Program-made: the position numbers and the translations under genes
Part shown: positions 25,784-39,688 of the stretch, in pieces
Position numbering within the stretch: the first letter of the stretch is position 1
Layout: each line of letters starts with the position of its first letter
Notes under the pieces: model-generated
What the model saw: only the letters and a program-made list of their open reading frames with translations
What the model was told of the DNA's origin: nothing
The model's database searches: none
Source of the DNA: Neoconidiobolus thromboides FSU 785
Taxonomy: Eukaryota; Fungi; Entomophthoromycota
Length of the DNA: 56,498 nucleotides
Assembly: GCA_025603075.1 (NCBI GenBank)
Contig: MU626392.1
Span: forward strand, 1-56,498
Direction of reading: 5' to 3'

Positions 25784-28700
25784 TGATGGTAAAAGTGTTT
25801 CTTTTAATATTAAATTATTAATTTTTTTAAAATTGAATACTTCTACTTATAAAAGGTAGTTGAATTTATAAGATATTACTTTGTATCGTTTACAATCAAC
25901 TATCAGTCTATTTGCTCTAATATTTTTCTCTACAATTTGTTTAAAAATAACACATTATTATGGTTATACAGATTAATATAATGTTTAATTGTAGTTTAAT
26001 TGTTTTTTTGATGGTTTACCATTCACTGTTTTTAAGTTATTCTCATTTATATAAGTTATTCATTTATAATTCATTTTCATTTATTGTTTATAATATGTAA
26101 AGTTTATAAAACATATCAGTCATTTTTTATGTGAAAGCATCAATAATTATAAATAGTATATAATAAACTACTCTAGTTTATGTTTGTTAATTTATGAGTT
26201 AATATATTGTCAATTAATTATAACATTTTTAAAGTAACCTAGTTTAAAAAATAATATGTTTTAGACTATGTATTAGTAAAGCTATGTATATGAATCTCAA
26301 TAGATATTATATTATAGTCATACTATAAAAGATAACAAAAAGCACAAAAAACATAATATTTAGAATCAAAAGTGATATTAAAACATAATAGAAAAAACAT
26401 TAATATTTTTATTTAATAATAGTATAACTACTAAAAATGGCTACTTTCACTTGATGTTAAAATCTAGAACAAGGTAAGATAAAATTTAAATTAATATATA
26501 TACTACTTTAGATAATTTAAATAATCAATGGAACTGAAAAAGCAATATGAAGTATATTATCTATTAATAAACAAAATCAATTGTAATAGAAATATTATAG
26601 ATCAAAATGGAACTCAAGCTTAATAATGATAATATGAGGATCCATTGTTTTATTGAAAAATTCAACTACTAGTTCTTGAGTTTTGGGTGGCGTACATAGT
26701 ATGATGACAAAATATTAAAATGAATGCCATTTTCCTATTTTTACCACTTAATGCTACCCCTATATTACGACTTTGTGGCTATAAGATTTTTATCTATTTT
26801 TGAGTTTACCTAACCTTACTTATAAGTATTATGATAAAGAAGGCTGTTTTATTAACTTTTAGTATATGAGTAAGTTTAAAAGCTTTGTAAAATTTAAAGC
26901 TGCTTTTTTTGATTTAGATTGGAATTTACAAGTTTGTGTTGAAATGTTCATGTATCATTACATACCATTATTTTGACTATTTTTTATGCAATATAAAATT
27001 GAGAAACGTTACTAATTAAATACTGAAAGAGAAAACAACTTAATATAAATAAACAAAACTACTAAATAGCAACTATTTCTACAATTCTGTAATTGGCATC
27101 TAACTTTTACAATACTTTAGAGACGGAAAATAGTTAGAGTTAAGGCTTGGGTTGAAATTCATATTAAATATCATTTTATGTATTAGTTTGAAAAACTATT
27201 ATTGATTCCAAATTTAAAATAATTACAAAATAATCTACAAAGCTTTACCAATTATAACAAGTTAATCTATATTTATGCACTATAAATAGCTACATAAGTT
27301 ATTTATAAAAGACGGTTAAATAATCTTTAGTATAAAACTTGTATATTATAAATATCATAATATAAACCCAAAAAAGTCCTTGAATATTAAAGATATTAAA
27401 AATTACTAATTTATTTGTTTTAGTTAGGTACATAAAATCAGTTTATGAAAAAGCTTGGCATTGTAGTACTTTCAAGCATAAAAAAATGGAACATAAAATA
27501 GTTTTTATATGTATATGAAAGTGTTTTATATATAATAAATCATTATCACATGTAGAAGGATAAAAATATACAATTATCTTTTTCGAATAAGAAAGAGAAA
27601 TAATATAATTATGCATAAAATAGACTCTAAAATTAAATACATTTGCAAAAAGTAATTTACTATTTTAACTTTAACAAAATGATAGCCCACTTTATAATTT
27701 AAGCTATTGTTTTATAAATGGGGGTTTAAATTAGCATACATCTTTAAACCTTTAAAACAAGTTAAAATACGTTTTTAGAGGATGTTCTTTTTATTTTTAT
27801 GAAAACTAAAATTATTATATGTTGTATATGCATTATAATCATAAAAAGATTCTTTTTAAATTAAGTTTATTTACTTTTGAAACTATTATTTTTAACCACT
27901 AACATAAGATTTGTGATCTTTATTTAACTATTAAAAGAAAAACGCCAAGTGTTTGTTTCATAAGTTTAAAAGGAGTTTTAATTCTAATATTCTCAATTTG
28001 ATTATATTCTTGAAGGCAATGTCTTTAAATTATGGGCACCATTTTTTGAATGTGTAAACCCTGGGGAAAGGTAGAGTCTAAATGGGCAAATATTTTAGAA
28101 TTACATTTTAACAAATATGATTGCCCAAGCATCATTGTTCAAAAACTTAAATTATCTAGAAAGTGTAGTTTGTATCCAATGACTTGTGTGGGTTCAAAAT
28201 AAATTTAGACCAAAAAACATGCTTCTGAGAAATATTATCCGTTGTATTGATATATTGACCCGTGCAATTATAAGGTTGGCCCTTAACCGAGAATATTTTT
28301 AGTATGCTTATTATCAGGTTCTTTATCTTCCAGACTTATTTTAATAGCAAGAATAATTGATTTTAATGACTAACATTATATAATTTCACCGCTGTAAAAT
28401 TCACAGTTAATTAGGCATTTAGCCTCAGTGATACTCACTTTAAGCAAAGAGTTTATAGAATTGTAATATATTATTTGCTAAAAATAAACTATTGTTATGA
28501 GTTAATTCTCCAGTTCTTTTAAACTAAGTTAGAAAGCTCTATATTACTATTTGTAACGGATTCTTTTGTAAACAAACATTTCTTTTTAATATAAACAATA
28601 TTTTTTATTGTAACTCAGCTTGATTTAAAACCTTACTTTTAGAACAATATTCTAGCCTATAGAATATTGATTACAAAGTAGTTTCATTATAAATTTCTAC

Positions 28701-29133
28701 AATATCAATGTCTATTAAATAGATATTTATAAAAAGTATTACTAATCTACTATTAAATTACATACACATAATTTATAATATTTCTCCACTTTTAGATAGC
28801 ATGCAATTAATTTTCATAAAAAACTAAGAATATTCCTATATAAAATCTCAACTGGTGAGAAATGTTTGGAACATTCTATACCCAAACTTTTACCATATTT
28901 ATCAAATGATAGGTTAATAAGTTGAACAACGTAATACTATTGGCTATATAAATAACAATTTACTGCGTGATATTCAAAGCAAGTAATGAGGTGGGATCAA
29001 GGAGAATGAAAATGGTTTTTACAATAGGCGGGGTTAATAGTTTCAGTTTAAGTGAGCGTTTTTGATCTGATATAAGAATATAAATACAAGTGAAAAGAAA
29101 ATTCTTCAAATTTAAATACTTTCTAAACTTTAA

Positions 29134-29799
29134 ATGGCAGATTATTTGAATGACGGCTTTGACAACTTTGACAACTTACCAAACTATGATGATATTTATA
29201 AAGATAAACTCATTAAGAGTAGACGCTTAACTGTACATAATTATGGATTTAGTAGACATTTCTGGGGAATTTACTGCCCAAAGTCTAATAAACCTATACT
29301 AAAATATTACAGTGTAACTAACCATGAATCCTCAACATTGTGTACCTATAAAGAAAAGAAGCTAGCTAAAGTTGAAAGAAAAACTATAAAAGGGGAAGAA
29401 CCAACCTACGAAGTTGAATTAAACTTAGATAATACCTTTCATAGTCTATTCAATATTAAAATCACTTTAACACCATATGCCAAACTAGAATGCACAGATA
29501 TCGATGGTATTTTACATACTTTCAAGTGGGTGCCCGCTGGAAAGCTTAGAAAGAAACTTGACTTAATAAGATTAAGCGAACCTGATGTTATATTAGCCAC
29601 TTTTACCTACAATTCTCATATTCCTTTTAAAGTTGGAGAAATTAAATTTATAAACGAAATGGGTGATAGTGAATCGATCCTCTTATTATTATTTTTAACT
29701 TTTACATTATATAGTCAACAAGTTAAAACCAAGCATCTCGAAACTAATTCAAAACTCGAGTGTATTTCTAATCATCAAGCTTTGACTTATATACATTGA
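29134..29799 (+). CDS. Hypothetical protein, possible Tubby-C/LURP-one-like fold
   Basis: 221-aa single-exon ORF; HTFKW motif, ILATF, C-terminal hydrophobic helix ILLLLFLTFTLY. Confidence 0.7.
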   Translation: MADYLNDGFDNFDNLPNYDDIYKDKLIKSRRLTVHNYGFSRHFWGIYCPKSNKPILKYYSVTNHESSTLCTYKEKKLAKVERKTIKGEEPTYEVELNLDNTFHSLFNIKITLTPYAKLECTDIDGILHTFKWVPAGKLRKKLDLIRLSEPDVILATFTYNSHIPFKVGEIKFINEMGDSESILLLLFLTFTLYSQQVKTKHLETNSKLECISNHQALTYIH

Positions 29800-29929
29800 T
29801 TTTGTGTTTTATTTATTAATTGCAATAAAGTTTTATTTAAGCTGACATTTGTGTCGTGATTACATTGTTATTTTTTCATTGGTTTAATAAAGTGTTAAAC
29901 AATTCTTTTATAAAATAAAACTTTTTAAA

Positions 29930-30835
29930 ATGAGTTCATTAAATAATGCTACTTCAAATGAAGAACGAAAAGATAGGAAAAATGGGAATAATAAAAATAA
30001 TTCAAATATTAAACTTAGTCGGATGCTCTCAAAGCTGTTAAGGCACCAACTTCCTAATTTTAGCAGAAAGCTTGTTATAAAAGAAAGTGGCTATGTGTTA
30101 GTTGAATCGATAGTAAATTATATAACAGTTAATTTCTAAGATAAATTTAATATTTAGTTAGCTTTGCCTTTATTTAAAGGACATACAATAGATGAAGTTT
30201 TTGAAGTGGTTAAGACTGATACAAAACAAAGGTTTAATCTTAAATCAATGGATGATTCTGGTCAAAATGGTTTTTGGATTAAAGCAAATCAAGGACACTC
30301 GTTTGAAGTAAATTATCAAATCACTTTATAACTTAACTATAACCTATAAAAAAGATAGAAGATCAAGATTTAGTCCAAATTATAGATCATTGCGATATTC
30401 CAGTAGCTATTCATGGTACAACATTAAAAAATTGGGAATTAATAAGTAAAATTAGATTATTATTTTGAAAAATATTAAAAATGAAATAGAAGAGTCTAGT
30501 GAATTAAAAAGAATGAATCGGAGTCATATCCATTTAGCCCCCGGGATGATTGGGGAGAATGGAGTAATCAGTGGTACTATAATCTATATAATTAAAAAAT
30601 CAAGTTAAATTAAAATGAAGGTATGCGTTATAATTGCGAAGTGTACATTTATATCGATACGGAGAAAGCAATTAAAAGTAATTTATATTTATTTATTTTA
30701 ACTATCTATAGCATAAATTTAGGTGGAATTACTTTTTACAAATCGTTAAACAATGTTATTTTATGCCCAGGACCCATTCCATTAAATTTAATTAGTAAAG
30801 TTCTAGATAGAAACTTAGAAGAGATACAATATTAA
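29930..30835 (+). CDS. TPT1: tRNA 2'-phosphotransferase (Tpt1/KptA family), multi-exon
   Basis: LSRMLSKLLRH, DTKQRF, WIKANQGHS, IHGT, RMNRSHIHLA, IYID.EKAI, FYKSLNNVIL after manual splicing of GT-AG introns. Confidence 0.93.
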
Positions 30836-32769
30836 ATGGTGATATAGTCTGATTTGATTAAGATTTTATTAACTATTTATTAATCATTTAAAGTAGTTTA
30901 TCCCATTTATTTGTATCAATATTACCTATCATATCCATAAAGCAATGTTTAACTATATTCAATTTTCCTTTTAAAACTTAAAGAATGTTAAGTTGCTCTT
31001 TAATTTTTTTAATATAAAATAATACAAAGTTTGAGAATATCTCCCAATAAAATCTCATTGGGCTTATTAAGGGGTGATGCCTTTTAAAAATGATAAAACA
31101 TCTTTTTATTTATATTTTTGAAACTTCAAAAGTAAACGATACTTACTCAATCTATATGCTATAGAATAGTAAGTCAATCTTTTGAATTTTTTACCTTTAA
31201 TCCCATAGCTGTCATTAATCTTAACCTTAACCAACCTCTAGTCCAGACCCCAGCTAACCCCAACTAACTCCAACTAACTCCTAACCAACTATATTAAATT
31301 GTCTTGGTTTTATGGCCTCTCAACAAGTTTTGTATAAGTTAATTTTCAAATTACGCCATACACTCGTTTTAAGGGAGATCTATATTTCATATACAATTTT
31401 ATTAGATTGTTCACAAATTAACAAAGGAATATGCACTGATTTTTACTGAAATTTCTGCGTAAACTTAATTCATAGTAGTTAGGCTTAGTATCCAAATTAA
31501 AATACAGTAAGGAGTTGGTAAGAGGTATAAACATTTCAGCCATTTAATCTCCACGATCATTCTCAACTGAAATCATTATTGAAACTTTATAGTTTTAAAG
31601 CTCCTTTAAAAGAAAGCCTTTTTTTATTAGTCGGTTTTTTAATACAAAGATATCATAATTAAAAAATTAAATTCAAAAAATTACAACTAAAGTTATAGTT
31701 AATGTATGTTTAGAACATTCATATCTTTATTTGGCTATCTCTATTTAATTTACATCTGTTTTCGTCTCCCCTTTTGATAATCTTTTGTATTCATATCTTC
31801 AAATATACACTGTTTTTAAAATAAAGATAGAAAAAAGAACAAGTTAAAATATGATTTATTGATAAATCGTATTATTTGAAAGAATAAAAGAATTAATGAA
31901 AGAACAAAAGTTTATCAAGTTTATGATTAAATAGCCAATATATTATAGCAAAGATTAAAGACCAAAATAATTTTAGTATTGCACTATTTTGTAATGAACC
32001 CATGCTATTATATTATAAACAAAAATTAAAAGTACTACAAAAATACTTTAAAATTATCAAAAGTTACTTAATAATAAAATTGTTGTTGGTAATACTAAGA
32101 ATTAAGTTAAGTTAAAAGCGGGGTAATGAGAGACTTAAAGTGAGCTATTCTAATTTAATTATTTATTAACTGATTATTAACAAAATCTTGAGAAAGTGTG
32201 GGGCGGATAATTTCCCCTTTTCATATTTTATTTTACATGTATTGAGTTATTAACTAATTTAAAGCTAATGAATTAAATGATATGTTTTAGTTAATAGTTA
32301 TACTAATTCATTTATTTTTATTTTAAAATATTATAATATGTTTTTGAAATTTATAGGATTATAAATTTATAAGAACAAAACGTGTATCTTTAATTAGTTT
32401 TACCTTTTATAATAAGTTAAAAACAAATGAAATGAATGATAGGTTTATACAATAGCTTGGATTTCAGTTTGCTACAAACAAAAGTTTTGTATTTAAAATT
32501 TATTTTATATACGTTTAATACCGTTGCATTTATTACTTAATAAAGATCAATATGTTTAAGGATCCAACTTGATTAAATCAATAAAAAATAAAATAAAAAT
32601 AATAATATTATTATTTCAAAAGAAAAACTTGTTTCTCTCTTTAATGACAAAATAGTAAAAGCCGGTCTTAGGGACACAGAATTGGATTTAATCTAAAAAT
32701 AATATATGAACATTACTTCCCCAAAATATAGAAATATCTTTCTTTAATTTAATTATTTATTTATTTATT

Positions 32770-33390
32770 ATGAACATTATTACACTAACAACAGAAACTT
32801 CATTCAATGAAGAAATAATACTACCAAAACAACAACCATGGATTCCTGATGATCAACTATTCTTTCACCAATATAAAATAAAAGCAGCCGATAAAACATG
32901 GCAAATATTGGATAAAGAAGATTGTTTGCTCTATACAATGACAAATAACAAAAGTACTGGATGTATTCTATTAAATAAAGAAAGCTTAAAGATATGTAAA
33001 TTAAGCCCAAGAGGAATATTAAAGAGTGGGTATTGGATAGAAGTGATAGCACAATGTAAACAATTTAAAAAAATTACCATGAAACAAATAACGAAAAAGT
33101 CATGTCTAATGTGCTTTCAAATTAAATTTACTGACTTTAATAATCAACAGTTAGTATTCAAATGGATCTGTTACTCCCCTAAAAAATGGATATTAACTCA
33201 AGTTAGCCACCAAAAAAAGTCAACGGTGCTTGGTTTGTTTGATTTCAATGAGAACCTACTCTCTTTTCATCCCGCTTTAGGCCCTTCATTTACTACCATC
33301 TTTTGTCTATCTATTTTTTTTATAAGTAACAATCACATAAATATGCTTGATGCTTTAGGGATAACCTCGCTTGATTTAAGTCTTATTTGA
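32770..33390 (+). CDS. Hypothetical protein, possible Tubby-C/LURP-one-like fold
   Basis: 206-aa single-exon ORF; LVFKW motif, VLGLF, C-terminal hydrophobic helix. Confidence 0.65.
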   Translation: MNIITLTTETSFNEEIILPKQQPWIPDDQLFFHQYKIKAADKTWQILDKEDCLLYTMTNNKSTGCILLNKESLKICKLSPRGILKSGYWIEVIAQCKQFKKITMKQITKKSCLMCFQIKFTDFNNQQLVFKWICYSPKKWILTQVSHQKKSTVLGLFDFNENLLSFHPALGPSFTTIFCLSIFFISNNHINMLDALGITSLDLSLI

Positions 33391-34969
33391 ATAATAAAAA
33401 GTTTATTTAATAGTTCACTTTTGATATTTTCTATATACTTTACAAGCTAATACAAATAAAGTCAAGTTCTTCAATTTAATTGTAAGTTTAAAATGATTTA
33501 AAAATAATGATCAAAAACCGCTTTCAAAGGTGTATAGTACAATAAAACATTAGGGGTATATCTTTTTAAAAAACTTAAAAAAGTATTAATTTAGATTGGA
33601 CTAACAAACTATTTTTTTCAACTAAAGGGATCTTTTTCAATTATAAGTTCATATTCTTTATTTAAATTTTATAATTTTTTATTTAAATTGAAGTTTATAG
33701 TTTATCAAAATATAAATAGAGATAATTTTATTAGAAGTATTTCAAGTTAAATGAAATAGCCTAAATTTAGGGATAGCTGAATAATATTACAAATCATATT
33801 TTATACATTATTTCAAAACCTACGTTTTATACATTATTTTCGATCCGTATTCACTTATTTCTAATGGAGTTTATTAAACATCTGTAACATCATGTATAAT
33901 TTGTAAAAATCAATTTAATTAGAATTTAGTTTTACTAATTTTTTATTAAAATTTTATATTATAAAATTATTCAGATAGAATTTTATCTAAAGGCATTGAT
34001 ATTTTAAGAAAGGATTCAAGGCACTATTCTACTTTTGAAATGGTATTTTATATACAAAGCTTAATTATCTTAACTCTTGTAAAATATAAAAATAGTTGTT
34101 TAATTCCTAAAGAAATGAGTATGAATTTATAAACAAAAAATGTGCTATTAATAAACAGATATATTATAACTTTCATAATAAATACTATAATATAATTACC
34201 CTTTCCGATAAAGCGCTATTGATTATGCTATAGTAAAATTCAACAAAATTTAACAAATAGTAAATAATTGTGCAACAATAAGAGGTTATAAAAAAGGTTA
34301 TAGTAATTTAAAACAAAACATTTTAAAAAACGAATACAATAAGTATTTGTTCTTTTAAAAAATCAACCAATTTACATTTGAATGAGATTAAAAATAGTTT
34401 TAATATAAAAAGCCCCTGTTAATATTTTATTTAAAAGTGAAATAATAAAATTACTATAAAGATCCTTTTCTAAAAAAGTCCTCATTATTTGATCTTAAGT
34501 AAAATTGTTCAAGACATGTCAAGTTATCATCGACGTTCACTCCTATTAATATGCCCATAAACTTAGCAAAATGGGTTTCAAATAAAGTAAACACGTTTGT
34601 TCTTTGTATTAGTAATAGTAAAACAGCAATACAGTGGAAATTGATATTAAAGCACCTATTTTTTACTAAATTTAATCAAGTTTAGTTTATTCTATAAAGC
34701 TATTTTAAAAGTAGCCCTTTTTTTTCAGTTAAAAAATAGCCTAATTAATTGCAACAGTAAGTACCGTTTATTGGTAAAAGCAAAAAAAAGCTGTATAAAA
34801 TTTATTTTATTTTTCAGTTCTATACTACTACCGGATAAAACTTTCTCAAAAAGAGTGATTACTTTTCAAAGGACCTTATACTTTATTTTAGCTTAAAACT
34901 AAATGCTTACTCTTGAAAAAAATACGACTGATGAATTTTCATTTAATTTTAATAAAATTTTTAACAAAT

Positions 34970-35068
34970 GAGGATGTATTTTTGTGTTTAAGAACTCTAC
35001 TAACAATCTTTCTGCTTGAATAGCGTTTAAAAGGTGGAAAAAGTAATGAAATCAAAAAAAACACTCCC
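34970..35068 (+). mobile_element. MITE copy, TSD AAAT/AAAT
   Basis: GAGGATG...CACTCCC termini; identical 4-bp flanks. Confidence 0.88.
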
Positions 35069-35279
35069 AAATGTTACTTACTATTTATCGAAATTGATTT
35101 TTTTTAGATATTATATTAAATAATTTTTTTTAGTATATTTAAATAATGTGAATGGCTATAAAACAATAAATAGGGGATAAAATACTAGGAAAGATTCAAT
35201 GATAAATCAAAAGATAATGAGCTGAAGACTTCAAAAAGGATAATAATCGTTAATACTAGTACAGATTTATTTGAATAAA

Positions 35280-35966
35280 TTAAAATGAGATATAAGGCTT
35301 TAGTAAATCTTTCTGTCGTCGATCCTCATCATATAATTTATCTTTCAAATTTTTGGATTCACTTTCACTTAATTTTAACTGTGGCAACGGTAAGGGAGTT
35401 GTGGCTGGAGTGGTGTTGTTGTCAATGATTATACTACTATGATTTTTAGGTGGTATATCTACTTTAGCAATGGAACTTGAACGTGTATGTATTTTTGGTT
35501 TATAATTTAATGCTTTTGTACTTAAATTATTCAAACTTATAAGGTCAAGGTCCTTTGGTCTTTTTAAGTAGCCTTTTATAATCGAATCGAAGTTAAAATA
35601 GTTAACCAAGTGCAATACATGCCCTTCTCGATTGATAAGAGAAATTGTTTTTTTCCTTAAAATAATCGAATCATTTAAACTGCTCTTCATTTTTTTATCT
35701 AAATCGTATTTATCACTTATACTACTTATTCTAACATAGTGAAAAAAACCTTCATTTAGTCTGCCAGATGTCCAACTCATTCCATCCGTCCATCTTTTAA
35801 TTCCTGTTATTGTTTCATCATAAATAAATAAATCCCCAGATTGAATTTCCAATCTCTCACTGAAACTTGGCCTTTCTTTTACCATATTTAATTTTCCTAT
35901 CTTTATTGCTTCAAATAACACTATTGCGTCCTCATAATCTTCAACATAAATAAGGGGTAAATCCAT
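35280..35966 (-). CDS. Gti1/Pac2 (WOPR) family transcription factor
   Basis: YVEDYEDAIVLFEA, RPSFSERLEIQSGDLFIYDE..TGIKRWTDG..W, LRKKTISL, HLVNYF, and RP.D at the end of the domain. Confidence 0.92.
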   Translation of the reverse strand: MDLPLIYVEDYEDAIVLFEAIKIGKLNMVKERPSFSERLEIQSGDLFIYDETITGIKRWTDGMSWTSGRLNEGFFHYVRISSISDKYDLDKKMKSSLNDSIILRKKTISLINREGHVLHLVNYFNFDSIIKGYLKRPKDLDLISLNNLSTKALNYKPKIHTRSSSIAKVDIPPKNHSSIIIDNNTTPATTPLPLPQLKLSESESKNLKDKLYDEDRRQKDLLKPYISF

Positions 35967-37999
35967 TTTTAAATTATATCCCGGCTTTGAAATTATTGTG
36001 ATATTTATACATGTCGAAGCATTAATTTTAAAATTCTTATATCCATGGAATTTGCTATATTAAGTAATTTAGCTTAAAATTTTTAAACAACTGTTTCATT
36101 TCTAAGCCTCTATTTGAAATTAAGAACAAAAAATAAGAGCTTTAAAATACAATATAAAAATGGATCATGGCTATCAAGTAGAATAGTAAGAACTGCATTT
36201 CTAAGGCGGTTTTAATTAACTAAAAGTAATAAAAAGGGATACAAATATAACAAATAGCCGTCACTTTTTAAAATAAACATAATAGCGTAACCTATATCTC
36301 AAATTTTATTTTATATAAGATATAGCCAAAGTTTTGATATAATAAATGAAAGAACAAATTTGACAAATCTGTTTGATTGGAATTTTGAACATACTATGAT
36401 AAGTTATGATACCATTTTAATACCTGTGTTATTGAATTCTTTATTTCAAGAAGTGATCTAGAGTTTGATAAGCAAATTTAAAAAATAATCAATTTACAAA
36501 CTCAAATTTTAATATTATAAACCTTAAATTTTAAAACAAGATAATTAAAAGCATCTAATTTTAAATAAGTTTATTAAGATAAAAATTGAACTCGATTTTT
36601 TTTGAAAAACGTCTTAAAAAAATAAGAATATAAAGGAGCAAAAGATATACAAGAAACCCAATTTACGCTACCAAAAGGATCTGAGATTAGTTATGCTAAA
36701 CTATGAATTCCTTTTTATCATGTTCATTTAAATTCTTTAAATATGTTTCTCCGAGTATTTTTAATCTATAATAGCTAAATATTTAAAGTATATATTCAAA
36801 TAAGCGTGGGTTACAATTTAGCCAATTTAAAATAAATGATCCCACTACTCTACAAAGCTTTACATATTGATATTGTATATCATTTATTGGCACCATTATA
36901 TTAATATTGGTAATAGTATCACTATTTTTTAATGCAAGTTTTGACTTGAATAATTCAAGCAGAATATGGGTTAATATAAATCCAAGGGTCAATTTTTGTC
37001 CGGTTTTGCTTCCTTCGAAATTTATAAGTTGAGCGTAAATACTATGAAAAGACGATGAAAATACTACAAAAATACTAGTCGTTTCGGAGGTTTCTTTGTT
37101 TTTTTAGCCAAACCCGAGTGTAAAAGTATAAAATCACAGCAACAAAGCATCCTTACCATAAAATTGTTTTTATTTTTAACCAAAGGAAAGCTTGGTGTTG
37201 TAGCCAATAACACTCATTTATTTTTCTGGTAAGACAAACAAAAACTTGAACAACCTAATAGTTTATTTTTTAATTTGGAGCTACATATCAAAATGTTTTT
37301 TACTCTGGTATTTAGCTAATATTTTTTGAAAACTTGCGCTACATAAAAATTGATAAAATGAAATAAAAAATATTGTCTATTAATTTTGTTAAATTAAGTC
37401 TACTCAAACTGGAGAATTTCGCATAGCTTTTTTTTAACTTTACTGATAGGAGTTTTTCCAGGCCTACTAGAGCACTCTCTAAAATCATTGATGGACTTTT
37501 GGGATAGTTCTTGGTTTTAGACTGATACAGCTTAGGCCAAAAAGTGAACCGTGTTGAGTCTCTAAATATTTGAAAGTATCTCTTTGGAGCTTACTTTTGA
37601 CGAGAAACCAAATTTAATTAAGCTAAAAATGATTCAAAAGTAAGACTATCTTTAGAAAGATAAGGGATAAAAACTAAAAAGCAAGCTAATAATTTCAGAA
37701 ATATCTCAACTGTATTTTTCTGGTAACTTATGTATTATTAAGAGTAAAATTATACTTCATTTGTATTGTATGATTTATGGATTTAACTTTACAAATCAAG
37801 CAAAATTTATTATTAGCATTAGTGAAAAAAAATTGTATATGACTCTATTTTTATTTAGTCATAATGCATTGTCAGTTCTATAATAGTTATTTTAACTTGA
37901 ACTCTATTTTAGAAAACAATAAAAAAATTGTAATAAAAGCAATTCAGTTTATATTACATTAGTTATAGAATAACACTAATAACTTTATAAAACCTTAGT

Positions 38000-39153
38000 T
38001 TATAATTTATTGTCAAATTTTGCACATTGATCACTATTATTAAATCTAGGTAAATTTAATAAATCATATTGTTGCAGCATTTTACTACAATTTTAAGTAT
38101 CTTTTTTATACAATAATAAATAAACCTTACTTTGGTATAAATCTACCCCCTAAATAATGATGTTTGCCTTTAAAATATTTAGCGCATTGTTTAGGCGCTG
38201 TTAAAGATATTAACATTTCTGGTTGGTATAGCTTCTTTTTTTGTTCATCGTTTGTTTTGATATATTCCTCTAACAAATTAAAATGTGTCTTATTGTTTCT
38301 ATTTGCTTTTACCTTCATCAACTGGCCAGCCGGATGGTACATCAACTTTAAATTAACTTAAGTAAATTAAATAAAACTTTAATGATATGAATACCTGCGG
38401 CAACAGGTAAATTCGTATTATTAAATAACTTCAAATTGTTAAACTAATGACTAATAATAACCAATAACTATAGTATTACATCTACAACTTCATTAAATGG
38501 GTCTTTAATTATTCCAGTATACTTAAAACTAAAACCTAAAAACATTTTAATTTGTAGTTTATAAATCTAAATTTATTAATACCAAATATACAATCTATTA
38601 TAACAGAATAGTTTATTTCCTTTAATTTAGTGAACTCTTCATAAATTGGTATTTCCAATTGATTTAGTTGTGTTACAAGTCCCTTTTTAACACAAATATA
38701 TAAACTTATAATAAAAATCTAAAATAAAACTTACCAAAAATATTTCCTTTTCATTTTTTTTTGGATAGTAAACAACTGGATTATACCCCATGTGTTTTAA
38801 ATGTCTTGAAGCAACGAGACCTAATTTATTTGAATAAGCTTGTATGAAATCTCATTTATTTTTACCATCTCCTCCATTGTTTCCTGGGCCACAACAAATT
38901 AATAGGGTACTATATTTCTCTTTATTGTACTCTTTTGAGATGCTTTGTGCAACACTCAATCCAGCTTATATTTCTTTTAAGTCTAGCTTATTATTTAATA
39001 TATTTTAATAGTACCTAATTCCATTAGTTGATAAATAGAAAATCCCCCGCCGGACATGAGTTCCACATCAATCTGCTGCGCTACTTTTTGACTTAGAAAC
39101 TAATAATTTTAATACCTCTTTTATAACTAGTGAATTTTTACTTTGATGCTCAT
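38000..39153 (-). CDS. NNR1: NAD(P)H-hydrate epimerase (YjeF_N, NAXE/NNR1 family), multi-exon
   Basis: Spliced model [91 protein letters not shown], ending [20 protein letters not shown]. Confidence 0.93.
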
Positions 39154-39688
39154 AATTATAACGATTATAAATTATAGTAAACACAAAAAAATAATTTTTC
39201 ACTTTAATCATTTCCACGTCATCATAAATAAAAACTGCAATTAGTAAGTATTTTTAAAAATATTTGCATCATTTTGTTCATTCTTTTTCTCACTTTCATT
39301 GGCTCTAAATTTCCCTCAATAATTTTCGTAAATATTAACATAAAAACAGTAATTTAACTCCTTGTAATCAATAGATCTTCATAATATATATTTGTAACGA
39401 TCATAGTCATTATCCTTGAATGTGTTTTTTATACTTTCATAAATTTTTAATATAATAGCAGCTAAATAGACACAAGTGTTTCTTTTAATATTAAACAGTG
39501 ATTGATGTTAAACTACTAATTATAGTAAATAGTGTTTTACTTTTAATTTCGAAAATAGCAACTTCTTTAAAATAATCATTTTGTTTTATTAAACTATTCT
39601 GTTATAGTGAAACGAATGAACGGAATAAATTAAAGTTAAAATATTTAAGAAACCCAAAATTAATTTTTTTATTTACTGTATTAAAAAA

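Noticed and set aside
27950-28450. GC-elevated patch, possible gene relic
   Set aside because: All six frames are interrupted and no recognisable motif was found.
30270-30310. TPT1 IKANQGHS instead of IRANQGHS as a sign of inactivity
   Set aside because: The four catalytic residues (RH, the R of KQRF, the R of MNRSHIH) are all present.
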